A stretch of 64,000 nucleotides of DNA from Eledone cirrhosa. Taxonomy: Eukaryota. The notes below the pieces were generated by a model. It did not search any database and was not told the origin of the DNA. It saw only the letters and a list, made by a program, of their open reading frames with translations. Made by a program: the position numbers and the translations under genes. The stretch lies in the NCBI GenBank assembly GCA_964016885.1, contig OZ024741.1:101432001-101496000 (forward strand). Reading direction: 5' to 3'. Every line of letters starts with the position of its first letter. The stretch's first letter is position 1. Positions 1-11,781 of this stretch are shown in pieces.

Positions 1-1400
1 CTCTCCTCCTGCCTAGAGGCCTGCTCCAGCCACAGACTTCGTCTGCCGCTATCAGCAGGTTTGCTTTCAGGAATTCCCACTGCTCCTCTATATTGTACGA
101 CTCTAATTGCTCTTCCTTACTGTCGAAAGCATCAAGTAGTATGCTTTTAAATTTATTTCTGGTTGTGGAGCCCTTTAGCTTCCATATTTTTCTCCTGAGG
201 ATAGTCCTCTTCTGTTGTCTAGTACGTCTCGTCCTGACTATTAGGTCGCTAATTATCAGTCTATGTTGTGAGGTGCATTCTTCATGGGGGAGGGATTTAG
301 TGTTTACAACAGACACTCTGTCACGTCTTCTGGTAAGGATATAATCTACCTGGCTTGTGTGTTCCCCGGATCTATAGGTGATCAGGTGATTGTCACGTTT
401 TTTGAAGTTAGTGTTACAGATAGTTAGGTTATTTGCGTCACAGAATTCCAGGATTCTGGAGCCTTCCTGATTTCTAGTACCAAACCCATAGCCTCCATGG
501 ATTTCGTCGTAGCCGTCACAATGTTGTCCAACGTGACCATTTAGGTCGCCTGCAATAATTATATAGTGACTGTCGGTTATTTGGGAAGTAGTGAGCATCA
601 GTGTCTCATAGAATCTGTCTTTTATAGTGCCGGGCAGTCCGGATTGGGGTGCGTACGCAGATATTACTGTCACCGTAGTTCTATTGAGGACAAGTCTTAT
701 TTTAATTATTCTGTCGTTCACTCTATTTACGTCTATTATCTTATCTGCCCACTTTTCTGCTACCATGATTCCTACTCCACCCAGCCCATCGTCATTTCCC
801 ACCCAGAAAAGCTTATAGCATCGTTTTTTTTACCCTCAATGAATCTAGCAGACCCACCCCTCCACCTGGTCTCTTGAATACAACAAACATCGACCTCCTT
901 ACGTTCGAGCATTTCTACAACCTCGTTAGAGCGACCCTTTAAGGTGCCTACATTCATGGTACCAACTCTGAAGTTTTGGATTGCGTTTGGAGTGTGTGTG
1001 TGTGTGGGGGGGGGGGTTATGTTAGCCATTCGCGGCCGAAACAAAGAGGAGTGCTCGCATTCTCGTCCACGAGGTGAATTTGTCTTTATCTTTGGCATTG
1101 TCGCTGAGCGTCCAGATTTTTCTCTCTTCCGTAGTCCATCCATCCATCATATATCGAAAGGCAACCAGGTAAGCGATAGTATAGGCCTCTGGCTTATGAT
1201 TGGTCCACGTAATAATAATGGTGGTGCGTGGGGGCGGGTGGGAGGGGTGTTGGGTAGTTAGCGAGAAGGTAAGGTTTGAATGAGGTCCTCGTATTTAACA
1301 AGCGCTAACAAAAATACAAGATTTGTTTTGTTGAATACGACAAAAACCTCGTATTTAACAAGCAATAACAAAAAATACAGATTTGTTTTGGGAAATACGA
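1..1400 (-). mobile_element. RTE-clade LINE family A, 5' UTR and APE endonuclease part (runs off window start; frameshifted)
   Basis: ORF 772..1143 contains the APE N-terminus GTMNVGTL...DVCCIQETRW; DNA is colinear and near-identical to ~43680-45120 of the full-length copy. Confidence 0.9.
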
Positions 1401-1611
1401 CAAAGCTACAGTAGGATTTGGCAAGATTGGATTCGGGGAAGAGAAAATGCTATAGAATTGTCGGAGGGTTGGACTGGATACGAATGGAGTGTGGAAATGG
1501 TAGAAAAATGTGTACATTACGTTACATGATATACCGTGAAGAAAGCAGCGATGAATTTGGCGAATGTGATTTACTTGAAGGGTTTATCTTATATATATAT
1601 AGATAGAGAGG

Positions 1612-1648
<37 letters not shown>

Positions 1649-1785
1649 GGGGAGGATAGGTTTGGCCGCATGATGTAGATATTGGGGTGGCTGACCGCGA
1701 ACCCTCATGAAGTAGGGGAGGGGGAGAAGATAGTAGGAGCGGGAGTTTAGAGTTTTTGAAGTAACAAATATATTTAAAAATATAT

Positions 1786-1878
1786 ATGTATCATCATTTT
1801 AAGATCATTTTAATATATATACATACATACATATGCATATATATATATACATATATATGTATATATGCATTTATATAC

Positions 1879-1932
<54 letters not shown>

Positions 1933-1980
1933 TTATATATTTATATATATATATATAAATATATAAATATATATTTATAT
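1786..1980. repeat. (TA)n microsatellite
   Basis: Direct reading. Confidence 0.95.
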
Positions 1981-2319
1981 TCATTTCATTTTATGTCCGC
2001 TTTTCCCTGCTTGCAAGGGTGGGACAGGAACTGATTCTGGCTTGATTTCTACAGCTGGATGCCCTTCCTAACACCAACCTCATTTACAGTGAGTGCTGGG
2101 TGCTTTTTTGCCGTGGCACCTCCACGTCCACTTTACAGTGAAATGATAGGGACCCCAGTCCTTATCATCTCATTTCTACAGCTGAGTAAACTGGAGCAAT
2201 GTGAAATAAAGTGTCTTGCTCAAGGAAACAACACATCACCTGGTCTGAGAATTGAACTCACAACTCACAACCTTTCGATTGCAAGGCCAATGCTCTAACC
2301 ACTAAGCCATGTGCCTCCA
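1981..2319 (-). mobile_element. tRNA-derived SINE (SINE-A) with CORE-like body and RTE-derived tail
   Basis: Minus strand reads TGGAGGCACATGGCTTAGTGGTTAGAGC (A box) ... GAGTTCAATTCTC (B box) ... CCTTGAGCAAGACACTT ... tail CTTGCAAGCAGGGAAAAGCGGACATAAAATGAAATGA; four copies in the window. Confidence 0.88.
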
Positions 2320-2334
2320 TTATATATATATATA

Positions 2335-4074
2335 TTTCGTCGACTTGGAGAAAGCCTTCGACAGAGTCCCCCGTTCCATTATCTGGTGGTCTCTTAGAAA
2401 ACTAGGTGTTGACGAATGGCTTGTGAGAGCTATACAAGCCATGTATAAAGAAACAGTCAGTAAGGTTAGAATTAACAACGAATATAGTGAAGAGTTTAGC
2501 GTAAAAGTTGGTGTCCATCAGGGCTCTGTTCTTAGCCCCCTACTATTTATTATTGCCCTTCAGGCTATAACAGAGGAGTTCAAGACCGGCTGCCCATGGG
2601 AACTCCTATACGCAGATGATCTAACGCTCATAGCTGAATCAATGACCGAACTAGAGAAGAAATTCCAAACATGGAAGCACGGCCTAGAATCAAAAGGCCT
2701 TAAAATTAACCTGGCTAAGACTAAAGTTCTAGTTTGTAGGAAAGAAAATAAGGCGGCGGTCCCATCTGGGAAATGGCCATGCTCAGTGTGTAGGAAAGGC
2801 GTAGGTAGAAACTCTATTTTATGTCCCAAATGCAAAGTATGGGTGCATAAAAGATGTAGTGGGATCACAGGTAAGCTAACTAAGAACATAGATTTTACAT
2901 GTGGCCGGTGCTCTGGTGCAATAAGTAGCAGCAAGTGCCCACAAAATACTAGCTCTTTCAACTGCGCAGAGGGCTCTATAGAAATAGTGGACAGCTTCCG
3001 TTACCTGGGTGACAAAATCAGCAGTGGGGGAGGGTGCTCTGAAAGTACAGTAGCTAGAGTCAGAAATGGATGGAAAAAGTTCAGAGAGCTTATACCACTA
3101 TTAGCCGCTGAAGGGTTCTCCCTAAAAATGAAAGGCAGGTTGTATGATGCCTGCATACGAACAGCAATGTTGCATGGCAGTGAGACCTGGGCATTGTGTG
3201 CAGAGGATATACGCAGACTAGAGAGGAACGAAGCTTGCATGCTCCGCTGGATGTGCAATAGTAATATACGTGAACGGCAAAGCATAAACGAACTAAGGAA
3301 AAAATTAGAAATAAGAGGGATCAGATGTTGTTTACTCGAGAGAAGGCTACGTTGGTACGGTCACGTGATGCGCATGAAAGACGACAGCTGTATAACAAAG
3401 TGCAGGGCAATAAAGATAGACGGTAGCCACGGAGTAGGCAGACCCAGAAAAACCTGGGACGAGCTGATAAATTCCGACCTCACACGCTTACACCTCTCCA
3501 AGACAATGTCACTGGACCGAGAACTTTGGCGGTACTCAGTAATAGAGAAGACCCGCCTTACCTAAATACAAAGTAAAAACCTACTACAGTCAGTAGGCAT
3601 CTCTATCAAAACACACCCCCGTCCCACCACCTCCACCCCACCCACACTGCCTCTTTCAATGTAAAGTTATGTTGGTCCCACAACATCCAGGCCGAAACAA
3701 ATGAGATCGTGTAGGTGTCACGACAAAAAACACACAGTCCACGCTGTAAATGTGGCCGTGTAGGCAACACGGTAAAAACCTCCCAGCCCCACACTGTAAA
3801 TGTGGTTGGTGTTAGGAAGGGCATCCAGCTGTAGAAAACCCGCCAGACAGTCCACGCTGTAATGTGGCCGTGTAGGCAACACGGTAAAAACCTCCCAGCC
3901 CCACACTGTAAATGTGGTTGGTGTTAGGAAGGGCATCCAACTGTAGAAAACCCGCCAGACAGTCCTATGCGAGCAAGACAACCACTCTTGCCTCAAGTGG
4001 GAAAACCCCCGTCCAAACCCATGCAAGCGTGGAACACGGACGCTAAACCTGATGATGATGATGATGATGATGAT
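2335..4074 (+). mobile_element. RTE LINE family A, 5'-truncated (RT C-terminal half, 3' UTR, (GAT)n tail)
   Basis: ORF 2309..3565 has [30 protein letters not shown] and GRPRKTW; ends in a (GAT)n tail; flanked by TA tracts. Confidence 0.95.
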
Positions 4075-4101
4075 GTATATATATGTACATGTATATATAT
4101 G

Positions 4102-4136
<35 letters not shown>

Positions 4137-4299
4137 GTATATATATGTATATATATATGTATATATATAGATGTATATATATGTATAAATATGAAAATAA
4201 GGGCGCTGCGGAGTTGCAAATGGGTTACATATGAAAAAAGTTTGTCCTTCATCAGTGATCTTCCAACCATCATAGGCATTTCATCGCTTTAAAGACCAA

Positions 4300-4810
<511 letters not shown>

Positions 4811-4818
4811 TATCTCTC

Positions 4819-7800
4819 TCTATATATAAAACGGTAGATGTCTGTCTGTGTGTGTGTATGATTTCCACATTTCTCTACCGATTTTGATGAATTTTTTTCT
4901 AATGTGCTCCAAATTTACCAGGGCAGGTCAACACGTAATTATTTTTGCCAAAAATGTCCTGCTTCTATGAAAGAAAATCGATAAAACTATATACATGTTG
5001 TAACCCTCTCTCTTACATGCTTCATTCCTCTCACTACTACCATCAAAAATATATGAAACTACATACATGTTGCAACTCTCTTTAAAAAGTTACTGCCACC
5101 GTCTACTACCCTATCAACATTACAATTTAGAACGACAAAACTTCTTTTGAAGGAATGCGACACAAACTTTGAAACCTAAGCAACACAACAACCATAGCTT
5201 TACTCTCTCTGTCACTCTTCCCTCTCTCTACAATAGATTATCCCCCTTCTCTACAGTCATAACGACACTCATACATCAAATATCAAAATTTAAAAAGCCG
5301 ATAACACTAAATACATACTGCTCTATCAACGTTACATTTTACACACTTACATTTTACATCAAATAACAAATATTCAAAAGCAACAGATGAATTTATAAAA
5401 CAACAAACGTAACAATAACGTCCTCTCTATAATTTAACTGCTTTACTCTCTCTGTCGCTCTTCACTCCCTATATGACAACACTGCGGTGGAGCGTTCCGT
5501 ATTGGCATACAGCTTATCTGGGGTATTTTCAATCGGCTTATTGCAAATAAGAAACCCGCAAAGTAACACTTCATATAACAGATTAATGCTATAGACATAT
5601 GAATCAGAATGTAACCCGTGAACTTTTTCATGGGCAAAATTATTCGAACAGACATGACCTCATTGCCAGAGTGTTCAGACTGAAACTGGCTAAACTCATG
5701 GCTTTAATCAAAAAGGTCAGTATTTGGGGCTGTAAAATGTGACATGTTCACCGTCGAATGGCAAAAACGAGGGCTGCCACATGCTCACATTTTGATTTGG
5801 TTAGCTGATAAATTCAATTCAAATGCCATAGACAGCTTCATTTCGACTGAAATCCCTAACCCAGCAACTGACCAGGAATTACATGACATCGTCAAAGCTA
5901 ACATGGTCCGTGTGCGTCGGGTCTTAATGAGCATCACACGTGTCTGAAAGGGGGGTAGTGCAGTAAGGGATACCCCAAAAAATTTGGTGACGAGACTAAG
6001 ACTGGTGGCGATGGGTGCCCCCTGTACATGTAAATAAAGGCTCTGATGAGGTCACAGAATACCTGGCGGGGCGGTACATCAGTAGCAATGAAGCTTTTTG
6101 CCGCCTATTTGGTTTACCCCTACACCAACGGCACCCCGTCATCGTACAGCTTGCGGTAGATTTGTTAAATGGACAAAGGGTTTACTCTACGGATCAAACT
6201 GCCGCCAAGTTGGCCGCCGATCCGAAAGAGACCACTCTGACGGGTTTCTTCAAACTTTGCCAGTTTGATGCATTTGCACAAACAATTGTGTGCCCCCAGG
6301 TTCCATCCTACTTTATATGGTCAAACACTTGGATGCAAAGAAAGTCAGGTCAGGTTGTTGAAAGACATCCTGGTGTAAAATTTGACAGCTGTCTTGGAAG
6401 GGTTTACACTGTGCCCCCAAGTCAGCATGAGTGTTTTCATCTCCGCCTTCTTCCGCATGAAGTTGTAGGCCCACAAAGTTTTCAGGACCTCAAAACTGTT
6501 GATGGAGAAATATGTGATACGTACCGGGAAGCCTGCTTTAAGCGTGGTCTTTTGGAAGATGATTCGCAATGGGATTCCACTTTAGCAGAGGGTGCTTTGT
6601 TGAAATCACCTAAAGGTCTATGGGAACTCTTTGCCATTTTGCTTCAAAGTGTGAATTGGGTGATCCCAAATCTTTATGGGTCAAGTACAGAGACTTCATG
6701 TCTGAGGACTTCCTGCACCTGGCTCATCTGCAGTATACTTCAGTGGAAGCTGGTTACAGCGACATTATCTACAACAGGGCACTCATTGATATCGCGGACG
6801 CCCACCTCGACATGGGTGGGAGTGAGCTGGCGACGTATGGCTTGCCGTCAACCATCAGAGAGGAAGCTAACACGTTGGCCCCGGATTTGTTGCGGGAAAC
6901 AGCATTTGACATTGAATCTCTTTCCCAATACTTAGATGAAAATGAGCCCAAACTTCTGTCGGACCAAAGGTTGACCTATTTAACTATCATTGACGCAGTT
7001 CAAAATCAGACTGGGGGTATTTATTTTCTCGATGTTCGTGGGGGTACCGGAAAAACTTTTGTAACGAAATTGATCCTCGCTAAGATTCGGCAGGAGAAAA
7101 AAATTGCATTGGCCGTTGCATCGTCCAGGATCGCTGCTACTTTGCTGCCGAGAGGCAGGACAGCACATTCAACCTTTAAACTCCCCTTGGATTTAGTAAA
7201 AACTGAAACACCAACATGCAATATCAGCAAGAGTTCACACGAAGCTCTGGTTCTCAAAATATCTTGCCTCATTGTTTGGGATGAGTGCACAATGGCACAC
7301 AAGGCATTGGACTGGACCCTGAAAGACATTAGGCATTCTACGGCTCCTATGGGTGGCGTAACCCTTCTGCTATCGGGATTTTCGGTAAACACTGCCTGTC
7401 ATCCCCAAAGGGACAGGAGCTGATGAAGTGAGTGCCTGCCTTAAGTCGTCCATGTTGTGGCTCCAGGTGAAGAGTTTGTACCTGAGCACAAAAATGCGTG
7501 CTCATTTGCATGGTGACAACATGTCTGCAGCATTTTCTCAGAATATTTTAGCACTTGGTGAGGGCAAGGTCCCTGCGGATGACAAGGGCAGCATAGCAAT
7601 CGACTCCCTGTGCATTGTGAGCAGCCCTTCTGACTTTTGGGAAGCAGTTTTTTCTAATGTCTCATCTAACTTTAAAAATTTTGATTAGCTCAGTGAAAGA
7701 GCCATCCTTGCTCCGAAAAATACCATGGTTAATTTTATTACCGAGCAGCTGATTGAGAAGATTCCCGGTAAAGAGCACATCTTCAAATCTATCGACCGGA

Positions 7801-8617
7801 TGTCAGACCCCGACGATATCGTTAATTATCCGGTTGAATTATTAAATTCCCTTGAGCCCCCAGAGCTCCCACCTCACATTCTTAAACTTAGGGTTGGCTG
7901 TCCCATTATGCTAATAAGGAACTTGCGTCCACCAAAGCAGTGCAACGGTACTCGCATGGTCGTCAAGTCACTGATGCCCCACTTGATTGAAGCCACCATT
8001 GTAACGGGGTGCAGGAGAGGGGAGAATGTTTTCATTCCAAGGATGAACCTTTTCCCCTCGGCGTCAGATATCCCGTTCAATTTCCGGCCATCCCAATTCC
8101 CGGTGAAACCATGTTTTGCCATGTCCATTAACAAGTCACAAGGGCAAACATTATCGGTGGTGGGCATCCATTTGGGGGAGCCATGCTTCTCCCATGGCCA
8201 ACTTTATGTTGCCTGTTCACGCATAGGGAGCAGGAATGCACTTTTTGCTTTACACTCCTCAAGGGATGACATGCAATATCGTCTACAAAGAGGTGCTATA
8301 GATGTTGGTGCAGGTGTTGGAGGTGTTGGAGCTATGCCATCTGGAAAACTGGTAGGGTCACCCATGGCAGACAGATGTGACACCCAGCGGCATCAGGGCC
8401 ACCATCTTGCAACTTTGGTCTACTAAATTCGCTATTGGAAGATTATTAACCCATCATTGATTGTCCAAAATGCTAATTGGTTCGTAACTTTTAATAACCG
8501 GTTCAACTGCTTTATGCACTTAATTGATAAGCTTATTTGCTTTCAAGCCACGTTTACCTGTATGTAACTTTTCATAGCAAATGAACAAACCCGAGCAACG
8601 CCGGGCTAAACTGCTAG
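4819..8617 (+). mobile_element. Helitron with decayed RepHel coding region
   Basis: Rep HUH motif VEWQKRGLPHAHILIW (5744); PIF1-type helicase motifs GGTGKT, IVWDECTM, AMSINKSQGQT, FSHGQLYVACSR spread over frameshifted ORFs 6015-8426; 5' TC end; 3' hairpin CCCGAGCAACGCCGGG followed by CTAG (8614-8617). Confidence 0.92.
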
Positions 8618-8835
8618 TATATATATAAAACGGAAGATGTCTGTCAGTGTGAATGTATGATTTTTATGCATTTCCACATTTCTCTACCGATTTGGATGAT
8701 TTTTTTTCCAATGTGCTCTAAATTTACCAACAATGGATGGTCAACGCGTAATAAACTTTGGCAAAAATTTCCTGCTTCTATGAAAAAAAATCGATAAAAC
8801 TAAATACATGCTGTAACCCTCTCTCTTACACACTT
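8618..8835 (+). mobile_element. Second Helitron 5' terminal segment joined directly to the 3' CTAG of the first
   Basis: TATATATAAAACGGAAGATGTCTGTC...CATGCTGTAACCCTCTCTCTTACA is a diverged repeat of ~4821-5017. Confidence 0.85.
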
Positions 8836-9333
8836 AATCTACTACCCTCAATTGCAACTCTCTCTCTATATATATATATCACACACACAGATATACATAT
8901 ACATCTAAAGAGAGAAAGGGAGATGTAGAGAGAGAGAGAATGTGATAGGTCATTATACAGAGAGAGGTACAAGATAATCAGATAGAGAGAGAGAGAGAGA
9001 ATGGCGACGAACGCTGGTTCACACACACACACACACATAAATATATAAAGACAGAGAGAGATCTGCGCGTTCTTTATTGTTCTCCATTCTGTAGAGGAAG
9101 AGAGAGAGAGAGGGTATGAGAAAAAGGGAGAGTGGTTGAGAAAAAAAGAAAGAAAGAGAGTGAGGAATTTTAACTTTTATTTATCTATTCTTTACACAGT
9201 TCAACTCTCCCCTTTCCTCAACCTAGCGTCTCTTTCTCTCTTTCACACAAGGTGTACTGTGACTGTGTGTGTTAAATATATTTATGTCCGCACACACACA
9301 AACACACAAAAAGACGCATCTCTCTCTCTCTAT

Positions 9334-9415
<82 letters not shown>

Positions 9416-9749
9416 ATACAATAACAGAGATAGCTTAAAGCTAAACTCTGACTGGTAACCATCTCACTCAACAAACATTAGGTTATATGTTAGTATAAAC
9501 CCAATTTAAGTGTTTGGGGTGCTAACTATATGTATTATGTGGAAAGCCAGTTGTATTATTTTATGAGATATAATTAAAGTTAAAATATATCTCTCTTTCC
9601 AAACAATTGTTTCATTATAAGTTTTCTACAAATTAGGAGAATGTTTCCAGTTTATGTAGAAGCCTAACATATATTCATGTAAGAATATATTTAGGTGGGC
9701 GCTTATAAATCATCAGTGGAAGCCCATTAAACTTTGATATAAGAAAAAA

Positions 9750-9890
9750 TTCTTACTGCAGTTAAAAATCGAGTCTGCTAAGCTGCTCCCTCACGCATCG
9801 AATCGCCGCCAAATTTGAAATTCCAGCAGTTTTTGACTGAGGAAGTATTATAGCGTCACGAAGCGGGAAGGGGAGACAACCAATACACGA
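9750..9890. promoter_or_regulatory. Candidate promoter / first exon of a minus-strand gene (E2F-like, CHR-like and CCAAT motifs)
   Basis: CpG-rich unique DNA with CGCCGCCAAA-TTTGAAA (9804-9820), GCGGGAAG (9863) and CCAAT (9880); minus-strand splice donor GCA|GTAAGA at ~9756. Confidence 0.4.
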
Positions 9891-9904
9891 GAAAAGAAAA
9901 AATA

Positions 9905-10285
9905 ATATTCACGCGGGTTAATTAGTTATTTCAAAAAACATTATCAATCCAACGTGTTAAGAACTCAATTGAAAATAAAAAAATAAATGCATGCGTGTAT
10001 TAATTACACACGCATATAGATATTTTCTTAGGCTAAAAGCAGAAGTCGTACCCGAATAACAAACCGCATTTCATAACCGTAGTAAATACGGAAAGTTACG
10101 CTTTAAAGGGCAATCGGGAATGTAAATCTCTGGCCGAATTAAGAGTAAAATATTAAATATACGTGGGTTAATTAGTTATTTCAAAACTAATATTAATTCC
10201 ACGTGTTAAGAACTCAATTAATTTAAAAAAATAAAAGTATGCATGTAATTATTTACACAGGCATATATATATTTTCTTAGGCTAA
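9905..10285. repeat. Two diverged ~130-bp direct repeats (~9905-10036 and ~10157-10285)
   Basis: Both read GGGTTAATTAGTTATTTCAAAA...ACGTGTTAAGAACTCAATT...ATTTTCTTAGGCTAA. Confidence 0.85.
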
Positions 10286-10694
10286 TATATGTTTAATATA
10301 TATATATATTTGTTAGAAGAACAGATTAAAGTTTAAGCAAAGAATCGCTGCTTTCAACATTAACAGGATCTAAAAATCTCAATCTGAAACTAAAAAATTC
10401 AATCTGTGAACGCAGAAGTAAATATTTCGAGAAACGTTGCAACCAAATGAAAACAGGAAGACAATATTTTGGTTCGTGAAGACGGTCCCTGGTAATGAAC
10501 GGGAAAAAAGCGACGATAATACGTCGTTATGTGGACTGAGAAGAACAATTTCATGCAAAGACAAGACCAAGTTTATCGTATAAATGGAGTCGTTAGACTA
10601 ATATTCTATTTAAAATAACCGAATGTTTTCCAGCCCCAGAGTTTAAGAATGATGTAAATAAAATTGTAAACGAAAATGACAGAAGTTATTAAAA

Positions 10695-11145
10695 TAGTTG
10701 TTTCTACTTTTAGCACACGACCAGCAATTACCTAGTACAGATGGAGGCACATGGCTTAGTGGTTAGAGCATTGACCTTGCAATCGAAAGGTTGTGAGTTC
10801 AATTCTCAGACAGGGTGATGTGTTGTTTCCTTGAGCAAGACACTTTATTTCACATTGCTCCAGTTTACTCAGCTGTAGAAATGAGATAATAGAGACTGGG
10901 GTCCCTATCATTCCACTGCAAAGTGGTCGTGGAGGTGCCACGGCAAAAAAGCACCCAGCACTCACTGTAAATGAGGTTGGTGTTAGGAAGGGCATCCAGC
11001 TGTAGAAATCAAGCCAGAATCAGTTCCCGTCCCACCCTTGCAAGCAGGGAAAAGGCGGACATAAAATGAAATGATTACTGGTACTTTATTTTATCGACCA
11101 CGTAAGGATGAAAGGCAAAGTTAACCTAGACGGGATTTTAACTTT
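10695..11145 (-). mobile_element. SINE-B (Nin/Deu-like domain) interrupted by a SINE-A insertion
   Basis: Halves TTGTTTCTACTTTTAGCACACGACCAGCAATTA and TACTGGTACTTTATTTTATCGACC...GGATGAAAGGCAAAGTTAACCT are contiguous in the intact copy at 58905-59090. Confidence 0.8.
10742..11074 (+). mobile_element. SINE-A, full length
   Basis: A box TGGCTTAGTGG, B box GAGTTCAATTCTC, same body and tail as the other copies. Confidence 0.9.
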
Positions 11146-11284
11146 GCCTTAAAATAGTAAAAGTAAATAGTGAAGATTTAGCCCAGTACATATGTATGCG
11201 CCGGCGGACATACACATACATATACATACGCACACACAAATACATACACACACACACACAAACATGGGCGTGCGCGTGTGTGTT

Positions 11285-11713
11285 TAAACCTTATCCATTT
11301 TTACAGTATTTTCACCAAACTTAAGATATAGGTTACTTATGTACTCCGGATGGTCATGGGCACTTTCATTTTTCCAGATATGGATTATAGGGCCTCCCGG
11401 CAGATAACCCCCTTTAACCACTTCCTTGGAGTCGACTGAAGCACTGCAGTGTAATGCAACAAAACGTCATAACTTCTGGAGTTCGCAACGGATTTTCACA
11501 AAATTTAACACATGGGCTACGTTTGTTCTACAGATGAATGTGAACTCTCAGAATTGGCACATATTGAGTAGGGGACCCATGGGGGCAGGAACCCACAGGA
11601 AAAAGCCGATGATTTTGTAAAAGTATAGTTTTCGAAGCAGCATTGAAGTATTGACATAAATGGAATACATAACTGCTATTTAATACCCAAGCAACACCGG
11701 GTACCTCTGCTAG
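11285..11713 (+). mobile_element. Non-autonomous Helitron-like element, 3' part
   Basis: Ends CCCAAGCAACACCGGG-TACCTCTG-CTAG followed by T, matching the 3' terminus at 8590-8617; 5' boundary uncertain. Confidence 0.7.
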
Positions 11714-11716
11714 TAT

Positions 11717-11775
<59 letters not shown>

Positions 11776-11781
<6 letters not shown>

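Noticed and set aside
2560-3285. Recurrent antisense ORFs over the RTE RT (also at 30208, 35896, 42220)
   Set aside because: They are shadows of the RT coding frame that recur only because the element is repeated; no domain signature.
3735-3965. Repeated units that could suggest a CRISPR array
   Set aside because: A simple tandem duplication in a LINE 3' UTR with no unique spacers or cas genes, in a eukaryotic context.
10300-10600. Protein-coding first exon in the promoter-like island
   Set aside because: No convincing ATG-initiated frame linked to a donor in phase with exon 45510.
10742-10815. tRNA-like sequence with A and B boxes
   Set aside because: It is the head of a multi-copy SINE and has no proper acceptor stem.
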